Shown: positions 8,111 through 17,036 of the stretch, piece after piece
How positions within the stretch are numbered: position 1 is the stretch's first letter
How the letters are laid out: every line of letters begins with the position of its first letter
Assembly: GCA_020051015.1 (NCBI GenBank)
Contig: JAGVJQ010000091.1
Location: 1,881 to 65,880, forward strand
Source of the DNA: Gammaproteobacteria bacterium
GTDB taxonomy: Bacteria; Pseudomonadota; Gammaproteobacteria; UBA1113
DNA: 64,000 nucleotides
Reading direction: 5' to 3'
Made by a program: the position numbers and the translations under genes
Notes under the pieces: model-generated
What the model saw: only the letters and a program-made list of their open reading frames with translations
Database searches by the model: none
What the model was told of the DNA's origin: nothing

Positions 8111-8961
8111 AACTCCGCCAATCCTAACCAATCATCTGGATCCATATTATCCTCAACCGCCCAGCAAGCAGCCAAAATACATTGTACATAACTCCAATCT
8201 CGAATTCGTTGTGCATCAATACTTAAATTATCAGCAAATAATTTAATTCGGGTTTTAATTAAATCCGGATGAGTCTGTATTTCAGGGATAGGATTACGAA
8301 TAAATGCTCCTACTTCATAGGCAGGCTCACCAATAACACCTTTCGGATCAATAGCGATCCATTTATTTATACCATTCGATAAAATATTGTCATGATGTAA
8401 ATCGCCATGCAACAAAACAAGCTCGGTAGACGTTGCCAATAATTGTGTACGTAAATTTCTTGCTTGTTGCAAATGATATAATGGTAAGGGATGATCTTTA
8501 TCAAGGGTTTTTAACCACTCTGCAATTGTAGGAAAGTTAAGATTGTCTTTAATGGGCGCGGAGTGCAATTCATGCATAATGGTGCAAGTAATCTCAACGG
8601 CTTCCTTATCTTGCTGTGGGAATAATTGCTTCAGTGATTGTCCAGGGATTGCTAACTCAAGCAATAATGCATTTTGTGCAGGAAGATATTCAAACAATTT
8701 AACGCAGCCATGACCATCAAAAGCACGCAATGCTTTTATTTCTCGTTGCATACCCATGACATCAAGACCCAATTTCAGAACGATAGCTTTGCCGTACTGA
8801 GCTCCAGCGAGCAGATAATGATAAGAATGTTCGCCTAAAGGTTGTAAATCTTGCAAATGTAATTGTTGTGCAAGTTGTTGGATCAAAGATGGCAACTGGA
8901 TAAGCCACGTTTTGCCTTGTTGCCCCCAGATATTGATAATGTTATTTTCAAATGTGTCCAT
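8104..8961 (-). CDS. aminoglycoside phosphotransferase, APH(6)/StrB-like
   Basis: Catalytic loop LLHGDLHHDNIL, IDPKGVIGEPAYE, and a C-terminal CILAACWAVED resembling StrB. I prefer the ATG at 8961 (MDTFENN...). The longer track ORF would overlap the divergent gene. Confidence 0.75.
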   Translation of the reverse strand: MDTFENNIINIWGQQGKTWLIQLPSLIQQLAQQLHLQDLQPLGEHSYHYLLAGAQYGKAIVLKLGLDVMGMQREIKALRAFDGHGCVKLFEYLPAQNALLLELAIPGQSLKQLFPQQDKEAVEITCTIMHELHSAPIKDNLNFPTIAEWLKTLDKDHPLPLYHLQQARNLRTQLLATSTELVLLHGDLHHDNILSNGINKWIAIDPKGVIGEPAYEVGAFIRNPIPEIQTHPDLIKTRIKLFADNLSIDAQRIRDWSYVQCILAACWAVEDNMDPDDWLGLAEFF

Positions 8962-9003
8962 AAGAGGTATTATGCCAATAAAATCACTAAATGCACATTG
9001 CTT

Positions 9004-10053
9004 ATGAGTAAAGTAAATCCAGAATCTATTATTATCGAACCTTATGATCCGACGTGGCCACAACAAGCTGAGCAAGAAATTGCTATGTTGAAAGATTGTT
9101 GCGCATTTCCATGGGTGATGGACATCCAACATGTTGGTAGTACAGCGGTGCCTGAATTAAATGCCAAACCGATTATTGATATTATGATAGGCGTGAAAAA
9201 TATTAATGAAGCACGAGCATTAATTCCACTATTGGAAACCATGGGTTACATTTTTTGGGATAAAAATCCTAAACCAAATCACTTGGTTTTTATTAAAGGT
9301 ATGCCTCCTTATGGCAAAAAGCGCACGCATCATGTACATGTATTTAAAATGGATTCATACGAGTGGTTAATTCACCACGTTTTTCGTGATTATTTACGTA
9401 TGCATCAAAATACAAAAGTTGCCTATCAACAATTAAAAGAAGAATTGGCTGAAAAGTTTAAAGACGACCGTGAGGCATATACTGCAGCAAAAGCTGAATT
9501 TATAAAAAGTATTCTGCAATCGGCTGCAAAAAAATTAATTACATTTACATCTTTATCCAAAGTTGATTTTCCACTAGTTTATAATTGGTTTAATGAACCG
9601 CACGTACAAGAGTTTTACTCCTTGCGGTCCTGGACGTTAGATGAAGTCACTAAAAAACTGGCTCCGTATATCGACGGTAGTAAAAAAGTAAATGGTTTTA
9701 TTTGTCATATTGATAAAAAGGCGATTGGCTATATTCAATATTACAATCTAGCGGATTATCCAATACCCGATCAAGATATTGCACAAGATGTCGTTATTAA
9801 GGCAGCTGGCATAGATTTTTTTATCGGTGATAAAGGTTTTCTGAAGAAAGGATTGGCTGGGATTATTTTAGAAGAATTTTTGCATCAGCAAATTTGGCCT
9901 CATTATCAATATTGCATTGTTGATCCTGATATACGCAACCAGCGATCGATTGATTTTTTTGCGAAACATGGTTTTAAGAAGCATAAAATAATTGTCACAA
10001 AAGATGTACTGCAAAGAGAGGTTAAGTTGCAGTTGATGATTAGAAAGAATTAG
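9004..10053 (+). CDS. fusion protein: GrpB nucleotidyltransferase-fold domain + AAC(6')-Ib-type GNAT acetyltransferase
   Basis: The N-terminal half has DIQHVGSTAVPELNAKPIIDIMIGV (GrpB/UPF0157). The C-terminal half has NEPHVQEFY, IGYIQYY, GIDFFIG, KGLAG and VDPDIRNQRSIDFFAKHGF, collinear with AAC(6')-Ib / Acetyltransf_8. Start moved to the ATG at 9004. Confidence 0.65.
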   Translation: MSKVNPESIIIEPYDPTWPQQAEQEIAMLKDCCAFPWVMDIQHVGSTAVPELNAKPIIDIMIGVKNINEARALIPLLETMGYIFWDKNPKPNHLVFIKGMPPYGKKRTHHVHVFKMDSYEWLIHHVFRDYLRMHQNTKVAYQQLKEELAEKFKDDREAYTAAKAEFIKSILQSAAKKLITFTSLSKVDFPLVYNWFNEPHVQEFYSLRSWTLDEVTKKLAPYIDGSKKVNGFICHIDKKAIGYIQYYNLADYPIPDQDIAQDVVIKAAGIDFFIGDKGFLKKGLAGIILEEFLHQQIWPHYQYCIVDPDIRNQRSIDFFAKHGFKKHKIIVTKDVLQREVKLQLMIRKN

Positions 10054-10071
10054 GTTGATTAGGAAATTAAT

Positions 10072-10482
10072 ATGATAACAGGCATGAATCACATTACGCT
10101 TGCGGTAAAAGACATTAAAAAGTCTTTTGAATTTTATCATCAAGTATTGGGTTTAAAACCACTTTGTTGCTGGGACAAAGGCGCTTATTTTTTAGTGGGT
10201 GATTTTTGGTTTTGCTTAAACGTAGATGATAAGCGTGAAGTTAACTCATGTTATACACATTATGCTTTTAGCGTTTCAGCCAGTGATTTTCAAACAATGA
10301 GTGAGAAAATAATAACATCAGGAGCAATCGTTTTTAAAGAAAATACGTCACCCGGTGAATCATTATATTTCCTAGATCCTGACGGACACAAACTGGAAAT
10401 TCATGCTAGTGATTGGCAAACGAGAATTTTAACTAAAAAAGCAGAGCCTGGGCATTGGACAGGAATAGAATGGTTTGTATAA
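10072..10482 (+). CDS. fosA: FosA-like fosfomycin-resistance glutathione transferase (VOC superfamily)
   Basis: 136 aa. MNHITLAV (His7), YTHYAFSV (His), YFLDPDGHKLEIH (Glu) align with the FosA metal ligands and length. Confidence 0.75.
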   Translation: MITGMNHITLAVKDIKKSFEFYHQVLGLKPLCCWDKGAYFLVGDFWFCLNVDDKREVNSCYTHYAFSVSASDFQTMSEKIITSGAIVFKENTSPGESLYFLDPDGHKLEIHASDWQTRILTKKAEPGHWTGIEWFV

Positions 10483-10517
10483 TGGCATATTAATAATAAT
10501 TTACCAGGCGTAAAATA

Positions 10518-11366
10518 ATGAGCATACTTTCAATTCAATCACATGTCGCGTATGGCTATGTGGGTAATAAAGCGGCAGTTTTCCCATTGCAATCAATGGG
10601 TTATGACGTTTGGCCGGTTAACACCGTACAATTTTCTAACCATACAGGTTATGGCAAATGGACGGGCGAATTATTTACCGTACAACACGTTAATGACGTT
10701 GTCAGCGGCATTGAGCAATTAGGTGTAGCAGAACAATGCCAAGCTATATTATCGGGTTATCTTGGTAGTGGTTTAATTGGTAATAGTATTTTAGATATTG
10801 TTGGTCGGTTTAAAAAATATAATCCTAATTTAATTTACTTATGCGATCCCGTCGTTGGTGATATTGGCCGAGGAGTGTTTGTTAAATCTGAAGTATTAGA
10901 GTTTTTTAAATCACATTTACATGCAGATATTATTACGCCGAATCATTTTGAAGCTGAAATTTTATCAGGTAAGACTATTACAAACTTAAGTGACGCCAAA
11001 CAAGTTGCAAATTATTTTCATCAACGTAATGTTAAAATAGTGATAATCACTAGTTTACGAATAGAAGAAGCGGCAGCGGATAAAATTCATGTTTTCCTAT
11101 CACATAATGGTAATTCTTATTTAGCCGAAGCACCACTATATCATTTTCCCATCGCACCTAATGGCACGGGTGATTTATTTTCATCTTTATTTTTAGGCAG
11201 TTACTTGCAACTACACGATAATGCAAAAGCGCTTGAACAGAGCTTGGGTTTGATGGATACCGTAATGGCTGAAACATTTAAACATAATAGCCGGGAATTA
11301 AAAGTTGTAAATGTTGACTATCGACATTTGCCAATAGAGAAACGAGTAACTGTTAAAAGTGTATAG
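10518..11366 (+). CDS. pdxY: pyridoxal kinase
   Basis: ILSIQSHVAYGYVGNKAAVFPLQ...WPVNTVQFSNHTGYGKWTG closely parallels the E. coli PdxY N-terminus. Ribokinase-type GTGD motif present. Confidence 0.9.
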   Translation: MSILSIQSHVAYGYVGNKAAVFPLQSMGYDVWPVNTVQFSNHTGYGKWTGELFTVQHVNDVVSGIEQLGVAEQCQAILSGYLGSGLIGNSILDIVGRFKKYNPNLIYLCDPVVGDIGRGVFVKSEVLEFFKSHLHADIITPNHFEAEILSGKTITNLSDAKQVANYFHQRNVKIVIITSLRIEEAAADKIHVFLSHNGNSYLAEAPLYHFPIAPNGTGDLFSSLFLGSYLQLHDNAKALEQSLGLMDTVMAETFKHNSRELKVVNVDYRHLPIEKRVTVKSV

Positions 11367-11373
11367 GCGTTGA

Positions 11374-11398
11374 TGGGGTTGAGTTTCTCTCAGCCCCA
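11374..11398. terminator. hairpin between convergent genes (possible bidirectional terminator)
   Basis: TGGGGTTGAG-TTTCT-CTCAGCCCCA is a 10-bp stem with one G-U pair. There is no clear U-tract. Confidence 0.35.
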
Positions 11399-11418
11399 CC
11401 GGAGACCCTAATTAGGGG

Positions 11419-11592
11419 CTATCGTACTACCACAGTAGAAGGTGTTCTAACAACGGTTGGTTGTTGTTTAACCACGACTGTATTAGCTGGATGGCCTACA
11501 TAAGTACGATTAGGGTAATTATATTCATTGGTACAACCCGTTAAAGTTACCAAACTCACTGCAGCAAGCACAATAAAAAGACATTGTTTCAT
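11419..11592 (-). CDS. small lipoprotein
   Basis: Starts MKQCLFIVLAAVSLVTLTGC with a lipobox LTGC. ATG at 11592 with AGGA upstream. Val/Thr-rich mature part. Confidence 0.6.
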   Translation of the reverse strand: MKQCLFIVLAAVSLVTLTGCTNEYNYPNRTYVGHPANTVVVKQQPTVVRTPSTVVVR

Positions 11593-11701
11593 AATAAAAT
11601 CCTGTTGAAATGTGATTAACATAAATTTCTAAAACTCATGCGTGTTGAGTATAACATCGACTAGTTATAAAAAGAACAATTAATTAACAAATGCAGTTAC
11701 C

Positions 11702-11986
11702 TTAATCAACTAAGTTCTTAACAAGAAATTTTTTCAAATCCGGTGCAATTCGCTTTAACTCATTAGAACCGCGGGTAATTTTTGCAATGCTGACATGTAA
11801 TTCATCCGCCATTTGTCGTTGTGGTAATTCTTGTTTTAATAATGCTTTAATAATCAAACAGCGGGTAGAAACCGCATCCTTTTCCTCGGCAGTGAGAAAA
11901 AGCTCCAATAAGGTAGATAATGCTTTTTCATTTTTAGCCGATAAACATAATTGAATAAACTCATGCCAGCCTTGTTCGTTTGTCAT
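11702..11986 (-). CDS. trpR: Trp operon repressor
   Basis: 94 aa. LTAEEKDAVSTRCLIIKALL...SQ/RQMADELHVSIAKITRGSNELK parallels E. coli TrpR ([20 protein letters not shown]...GIATITRGSNSLK). AGGAG SD, 22 nt after the trpA stop. Confidence 0.85.
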   Translation of the reverse strand: MTNEQGWHEFIQLCLSAKNEKALSTLLELFLTAEEKDAVSTRCLIIKALLKQELPQRQMADELHVSIAKITRGSNELKRIAPDLKKFLVKNLVD

Positions 11987-12008
11987 GAAAAGTTGCTCCT
12001 ATTTCCTA

Positions 12009-12785
12009 TTAATTACCAATTGGATTTAACGCTTGTGCTAATGCACATAAGTTATCTGACGATACGCCATCTTCAATTGCTTTAACAAAACGTGAACCAA
12101 TTACAAAACCATCGGCATATTTTAATACATCTGCAGCCATTTCACGATTTGAAATCCCAAATCCGACTACCAGTGGTAATGTAGTATTAGCTTTAATTAA
12201 TTGAATTTTTTCTGCAAGATCAGCGGGTAATTCATTTTTCATACCAGTGGTGCCTTTACGACAAGCATAATATAAAAAGCCTTGTGCTTTTTCATTTATT
12301 AATTGCATTCGGTCTATGGATGTTGCTGGAGTAAGTACATAAATAGGTGCAATATCCCGCATTATGCATTGTTTATGAAACTCTTCTGATTCCTCAAGCG
12401 GGCAATCAACTAATAAAATTCCATCAATTCCTGCATCACGTACTTTATCAAAAAATGAAGGATTAATATTAGCTAAAATAGGATTGTAATAGCTAAATAA
12501 AACTAACGGAATATCACTCTGTTTTCTAATAGCCGTCGTTAACTTTAATATGTCGCGCATGGTGGTACCATTTGCTAAAGCACGCGTCGCAGCTCGTTGA
12601 ATAACGGGTCCATCAGCAATAGGATCTGAAAATGGCACGCCAATTTCCAGAATATTTACACCACCTTTAATTAATGCTAATGCCGCATTAAGTGATTGTT
12701 GCATGCCACCATCACCTGCTGTTAAATATCCAACATAAGCCTTACCATGCTTAAAAATACTGTCAATGCGTTTTGCCTTATTCAT
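12009..12785 (-). CDS. trpA: tryptophan synthase alpha chain
   Basis: GVPFSDPIADGPVIQ motif. Follows trpB with a 1-nt overlap. Confidence 0.9.
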   Translation of the reverse strand: MNKAKRIDSIFKHGKAYVGYLTAGDGGMQQSLNAALALIKGGVNILEIGVPFSDPIADGPVIQRAATRALANGTTMRDILKLTTAIRKQSDIPLVLFSYYNPILANINPSFFDKVRDAGIDGILLVDCPLEESEEFHKQCIMRDIAPIYVLTPATSIDRMQLINEKAQGFLYYACRKGTTGMKNELPADLAEKIQLIKANTTLPLVVGFGISNREMAADVLKYADGFVIGSRFVKAIEDGVSSDNLCALAQALNPIGN

Positions 12786-13984
12786 TATTCGATTACCTTT
12801 TGTTGCATTAGTTGTGGCAAGTCTTTGTCACCACGGCCTGATAAATTAACAATAATAATTTGCTTTTTATCCAGGCTCGGTGCAATTTTAATTAAGTACG
12901 CAAGTGCATGTGCTGATTCTAACGCACAAATAATTCCTTCAGTTTTTGCTAAAAGTTGCAACGCATGAATTGCTTCATCATCACTGACAGCAACATATTC
13001 TGCACGGTGTGTGTCATATAAATCAGCATGCTGTGGCCCAATTGCAGGATAATCTAACCCAGCTGAAATAGATGCCGTAGTTGCGATCTGACCTTCTTCA
13101 TTTTGCAGAATATAGGTAAAACAACCATGTAAAACACCGCGTGATTTCGCACGAAATCGCGCTGCATGTTCACCTAATTTCATACCATGACCACCCGCTT
13201 CAACGCCAATTAGTTTTACCTTAGGATTATCAAGAAAACCAGAAAAAATACCAATGGCATTGGATCCCCCGCCAACACAGGCGATAACTAAATCAGGTGC
13301 AGAACCATTTTGAGTCTGACATTGTTCTTTGCATTCTGTACCTATTACTGATTGGAAGTGTGCAACCATTTCAGGAAACGGATGAGGGCCCAATGCCGAA
13401 CCAAGACAATAATGGGTATTATCAAATGACTCAGACCAATCACGCAGCGCTTCATTGACAGCATCTTTTAACGTAGCAGTACCATGATTAACAGGAACCA
13501 CTTCCGCACCCATTAAGCGCATGCGCGCTACATTAGGTGCTTGACGTTCCATATCCGTACTTCCCATGTAAATAACACACGGTATGCCAAGATGAGCACA
13601 AGCAGCAGCTGTTGCTACGCCATGTTGTCCAGCACCTGTTTCAGCAATAATACGTGTTTTTCCCATGCGTTGTGCTAACAAACATTGCCCTAAGGCATTA
13701 TTAAGTTTATGCGCACCGGTATGCAATAAATCTTCACGTTTAAGGAATATACGGGGACCACGAATTGTATTAGCAAAACGTGTGACTTCAGTCAGTGGAG
13801 TAGGGCGTCCAGCATAATTAGCTAATTTCTGTTTATACATTATTTCAAAATTTTTATCATGCTTTGCTTTATTCCATGCATCTGTTAACGCTTGAATGGG
13901 GGCAATCAATAATTCAGGAATAAACATGCCACCATATTCACCATAACGGCCATTATTTGATTCAGTTGTAATATGTTCGTTCAC
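12785..13984 (-). CDS. trpB: tryptophan synthase beta chain
   Basis: PLP-Lys motif HTGAHKLNN, plus GGGSNAIG. Confidence 0.95.
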   Translation of the reverse strand: MNEHITTESNNGRYGEYGGMFIPELLIAPIQALTDAWNKAKHDKNFEIMYKQKLANYAGRPTPLTEVTRFANTIRGPRIFLKREDLLHTGAHKLNNALGQCLLAQRMGKTRIIAETGAGQHGVATAAACAHLGIPCVIYMGSTDMERQAPNVARMRLMGAEVVPVNHGTATLKDAVNEALRDWSESFDNTHYCLGSALGPHPFPEMVAHFQSVIGTECKEQCQTQNGSAPDLVIACVGGGSNAIGIFSGFLDNPKVKLIGVEAGGHGMKLGEHAARFRAKSRGVLHGCFTYILQNEEGQIATTASISAGLDYPAIGPQHADLYDTHRAEYVAVSDDEAIHALQLLAKTEGIICALESAHALAYLIKIAPSLDKKQIIIVNLSGRGDKDLPQLMQQKVIE

Positions 13985-14631
13985 CGTTTTGTCTCCAATG
14001 AGGCATTCTTTACTGCCGTAATAAATTGAGTAATAAGGTTAATATCTTTTTTGCCAGGTGTTGATTCAACTGCACTTGAAACATCAACTGCGGTCGGATT
14101 TAATAATTGAATGGCTTGCGTAACATTCTTGATCGTGAGACCACCTGCTAAAAACCAAGGGAAATAATTGTCATACTTAAATTTCTGCCAATTAAATAAT
14201 CTACCTTGTCCTGGCGTCATACTATCAAATAGTAAAAAGTCACGAGTTCTATCACATGCTGATAAGCCGCTTTCATTAATATTTAATAAGCGGCCATTAG
14301 TCGTAACTGGTTGTACATAAATTCGCTGATAATGAGATGGCAATAAATGATGCTGTTGTCTTGCTGGGCTGCCATGCAATTGTATTATTTTAATGTTGGC
14401 ATCTTCACAGATTTGTTGCATTTCATCTGCATTTTGATTGACAAAGACAGCAACTGGCTCAGCACCACCATTTCTTGTCGCAATAACAATGTCTTTGGCT
14501 TGCATAGAAGTAACATAGCGCGAAGAAGCCGGATGAAATATCAGGCCAATAAAATTGGCGCCAGTATGAGCGGTTTTTTCTGCGATATCAGGTGTTGAAA
14601 CTCCACATATCTTTATCAAGGTGTTAGACAT
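13981..14631 (-). CDS. trpF: phosphoribosylanthranilate isomerase
   Basis: 216 aa, starts IKICGV... with a TIM-barrel PRAI pattern. Sits between trpC and trpB. Confidence 0.85.
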   Translation of the reverse strand: MSNTLIKICGVSTPDIAEKTAHTGANFIGLIFHPASSRYVTSMQAKDIVIATRNGGAEPVAVFVNQNADEMQQICEDANIKIIQLHGSPARQQHHLLPSHYQRIYVQPVTTNGRLLNINESGLSACDRTRDFLLFDSMTPGQGRLFNWQKFKYDNYFPWFLAGGLTIKNVTQAIQLLNPTAVDVSSAVESTPGKKDINLITQFITAVKNASLETKR

Positions 14632-14635
14632 CTAA

Positions 14636-15439
14636 CTAACCTCCCTGACAAGCGCGGATAAAGTGTTGCGGATTATTTGATTTTACTAGCGCTTCGCCAA
14701 TTAAAACTGCATTAAAACCAGCCTCTCTATATCTGACTGCATGCTCAGGTGTCTCAATGCCTGATTCCGCTACCGTGACAATATTATCAGGAATGAGCGG
14801 TTTTAGTTGAAGAGCTGTATCTAGATTAACTTCAAATGTTTTTAAATTGCGGTTATTAATGCCAATAATATCCGCATCGCTTGCTAAAGCAATGTCTAGT
14901 TCTACTTTATCATGAACTTCAACCAAAACATCTATGCCTAATTTCTTGGCATAATTAATAATGGTTTTTGTATTATCCCCATGTACGGCAACTATACATA
15001 AAATTGCATCAGCACCCGCAGCAATTGCTTCAGCAATTTGAATTTCGTCAATCATAAAGTCTTTACGCAAAACGGGTGGGCATGATTGATGGAGGCTTTT
15101 AATGACGGTAGTTAAATCATTAAGGTGACCACCAAAAAATTTTTCATCCGTTAAAATGGACAATGCATCAGCTCGACCGGCGACATATTGATTTGCTAAA
15201 AGTATGGGATCGGCAATGTCGGCTAATGCTCCTTTGCTAGGTGACTTGCGCTTGATTTCAGCAATGACAGCCAAATTACTTTGCTGTAGAGCACGCTTAA
15301 AATTACGAGTAGATGATCTTTTAATTTCACCACGTAATATCTTATTGATTGCATGCTCAGGATGAAGCTTCAATTGCTGTTGCAGTATTGCAACTTCAAT
15401 TTGTTTTTGCTTAATAATAGGATCAAGCCGATTGATCAT
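14636..15439 (-). CDS. trpC: indole-3-glycerol phosphate synthase
   Basis: IAEIKRKSPSKG and GINNRNL motifs. Confidence 0.9.
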   Translation of the reverse strand: MINRLDPIIKQKQIEVAILQQQLKLHPEHAINKILRGEIKRSSTRNFKRALQQSNLAVIAEIKRKSPSKGALADIADPILLANQYVAGRADALSILTDEKFFGGHLNDLTTVIKSLHQSCPPVLRKDFMIDEIQIAEAIAAGADAILCIVAVHGDNTKTIINYAKKLGIDVLVEVHDKVELDIALASDADIIGINNRNLKTFEVNLDTALQLKPLIPDNIVTVAESGIETPEHAVRYREAGFNAVLIGEALVKSNNPQHFIRACQGG

Positions 15440-16439
15440 GAGAAAACTCCTTCCATCGATTGAGTAATTTCATAGCTTGACCACTAAAAAGCACATCTTT
15501 AGCATAGCTAATACTATCAGCTAAATTTGGGTACAAACCATAAATAAACAGAGCCATCGCTGCATTTAAAATTAACGTATCAGCTACGGCACTTTTATTG
15601 CCTTGCAGCGCATTAATTAAAATTTCAGCGTTTTGTTTACCATCACCACCTTGTAAATCTACTAATGAACATATTTCAAAACCGAATTCAGCTGGATTTA
15701 AGGTTGATGCATGAATTTGATTTTCATTAATCTCAACAATAGTGGCGGGGCCAATACAACTCAACTCATCTAAACCTGCACCATGGACAATGACAGAATG
15801 AGAAGTACCGAGCTTTTTTAAGACTTCTGCCATTCTTATCATCATTGTTTTGTCATACACACCTAACACATAATGATCAGCATTGGCAGGATTTAATAAT
15901 GGACCTAAAAAATTAAGGCTTGTGGGAAAGCCAAGTTCGCGTCGCAATGGTCTTAATTTCAACATGGTTGGATGAAAATGTGGTGCATGACAAAAGCCAA
16001 TACCAATTTCATCAATACTTGCACTAACTTGCTCAGGCGATAAATTAATTACAATTCCCAATGCTTCCAAGACGTCAGCGGAGCCAGCTAATGATGAAAC
16101 AGCGCGACTGCCATGCTTAGCAATTTTCACACCGCAACTAGCCGCCAAAATAGCACTGCCGGTTGAAATATTAACAGTCTTGGTGCGATCACCTCCTGTG
16201 CCAACCAAGTCTAATATTTTATGCTTCGTTTTGACTGGAATCATCATGTTGCGCAAGCCTTTTACCATGCCAAATAACTCATCACTGGTTTCAGATTTAG
16301 CTCGCAATAATGATAAAAAAGCTGCTGTTTGCAAAGAGCTGGTATCATCTTTTGCAATTTCTTCGATAATTTTTTCACATAAATCCGTATCAAGATTCTG
16401 CATTTGTGTGAGTTGTGCTATACCGGCTTGTAAATGCAT
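15423..16439 (-). CDS. trpD: anthranilate phosphoribosyltransferase
   Basis: LDLVGTGGD motif. I prefer the ATG at 16439 (GAAGGT SD) over the track GTG at 16475. Confidence 0.9.
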   Translation of the reverse strand: MHLQAGIAQLTQMQNLDTDLCEKIIEEIAKDDTSSLQTAAFLSLLRAKSETSDELFGMVKGLRNMMIPVKTKHKILDLVGTGGDRTKTVNISTGSAILAASCGVKIAKHGSRAVSSLAGSADVLEALGIVINLSPEQVSASIDEIGIGFCHAPHFHPTMLKLRPLRRELGFPTSLNFLGPLLNPANADHYVLGVYDKTMMIRMAEVLKKLGTSHSVIVHGAGLDELSCIGPATIVEINENQIHASTLNPAEFGFEICSLVDLQGGDGKQNAEILINALQGNKSAVADTLILNAAMALFIYGLYPNLADSISYAKDVLFSGQAMKLLNRWKEFSHDQSA

Positions 16440-16464
16440 GTTTATTACCTTCTTTAAATAATTG

Positions 16465-17034
16465 TCAACAGCCACTAGTACAAAATGTTTTTAATAACAT
16501 ATTTCCATCAGGTGTTAAAATTGATTCGGGGTGAAATTGAACTCCGTATATGGGGTATTTTTTATGCTTAATACCCATGATTAAACCTGTGCTATTTTCA
16601 GCTTCGATGATTAAATCAGCAGGTAAAGAATTCTTATCTGCCATTAATGAATGATAACGTCCAGCTTTAAATGGTTTAGGTAAGTCACGATATATTCCTT
16701 GCTGATGATGGGATATCATATCAGCTTTTCCATGCACAATTTCAGGTGCTTGAATTACTTTCCCACCAAATGCAATAACAATCGCTTGATGTCCTAAACA
16801 AACACCAAGTATAGGAATATCTTTGCCTACATTTTTAATTAGCTCAACGCATATTCCTGCGTCTTCTGGTCTGCCTGGCCCTGGCGAAAGAATAATAGCG
16901 GTGGGTTGCAATTTTCTTATTTCGGTTATCGTTATTTTATCATTACGAAACACACGAATATCAGTGACATGTGAGGCAATAGATTGATAAAGATTATAAG
17001 TAAAGCTGTCGTAATTATCGATTATTAGAATCAT
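16465..17034 (-). CDS. trpG: anthranilate synthase component II (glutamine amidotransferase)
   Basis: Catalytic GVCLGHQ and HPES motifs, 189 aa. Confidence 0.9.
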   Translation of the reverse strand: MILIIDNYDSFTYNLYQSIASHVTDIRVFRNDKITITEIRKLQPTAIILSPGPGRPEDAGICVELIKNVGKDIPILGVCLGHQAIVIAFGGKVIQAPEIVHGKADMISHHQQGIYRDLPKPFKAGRYHSLMADKNSLPADLIIEAENSTGLIMGIKHKKYPIYGVQFHPESILTPDGNMLLKTFCTSGC

Positions 17035-17036
17035 AG

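Noticed and set aside
8962-9132. N-terminal extensions of the APH gene (to 9132) and of the GrpB-GNAT gene (from 8863) that overlap each other
   Set aside because: The extensions are unlike the families' N-termini and would create a 270-nt antisense overlap. The internal ATGs at 8961 and 9004 give family-typical starts and a 42-bp divergent spacer.
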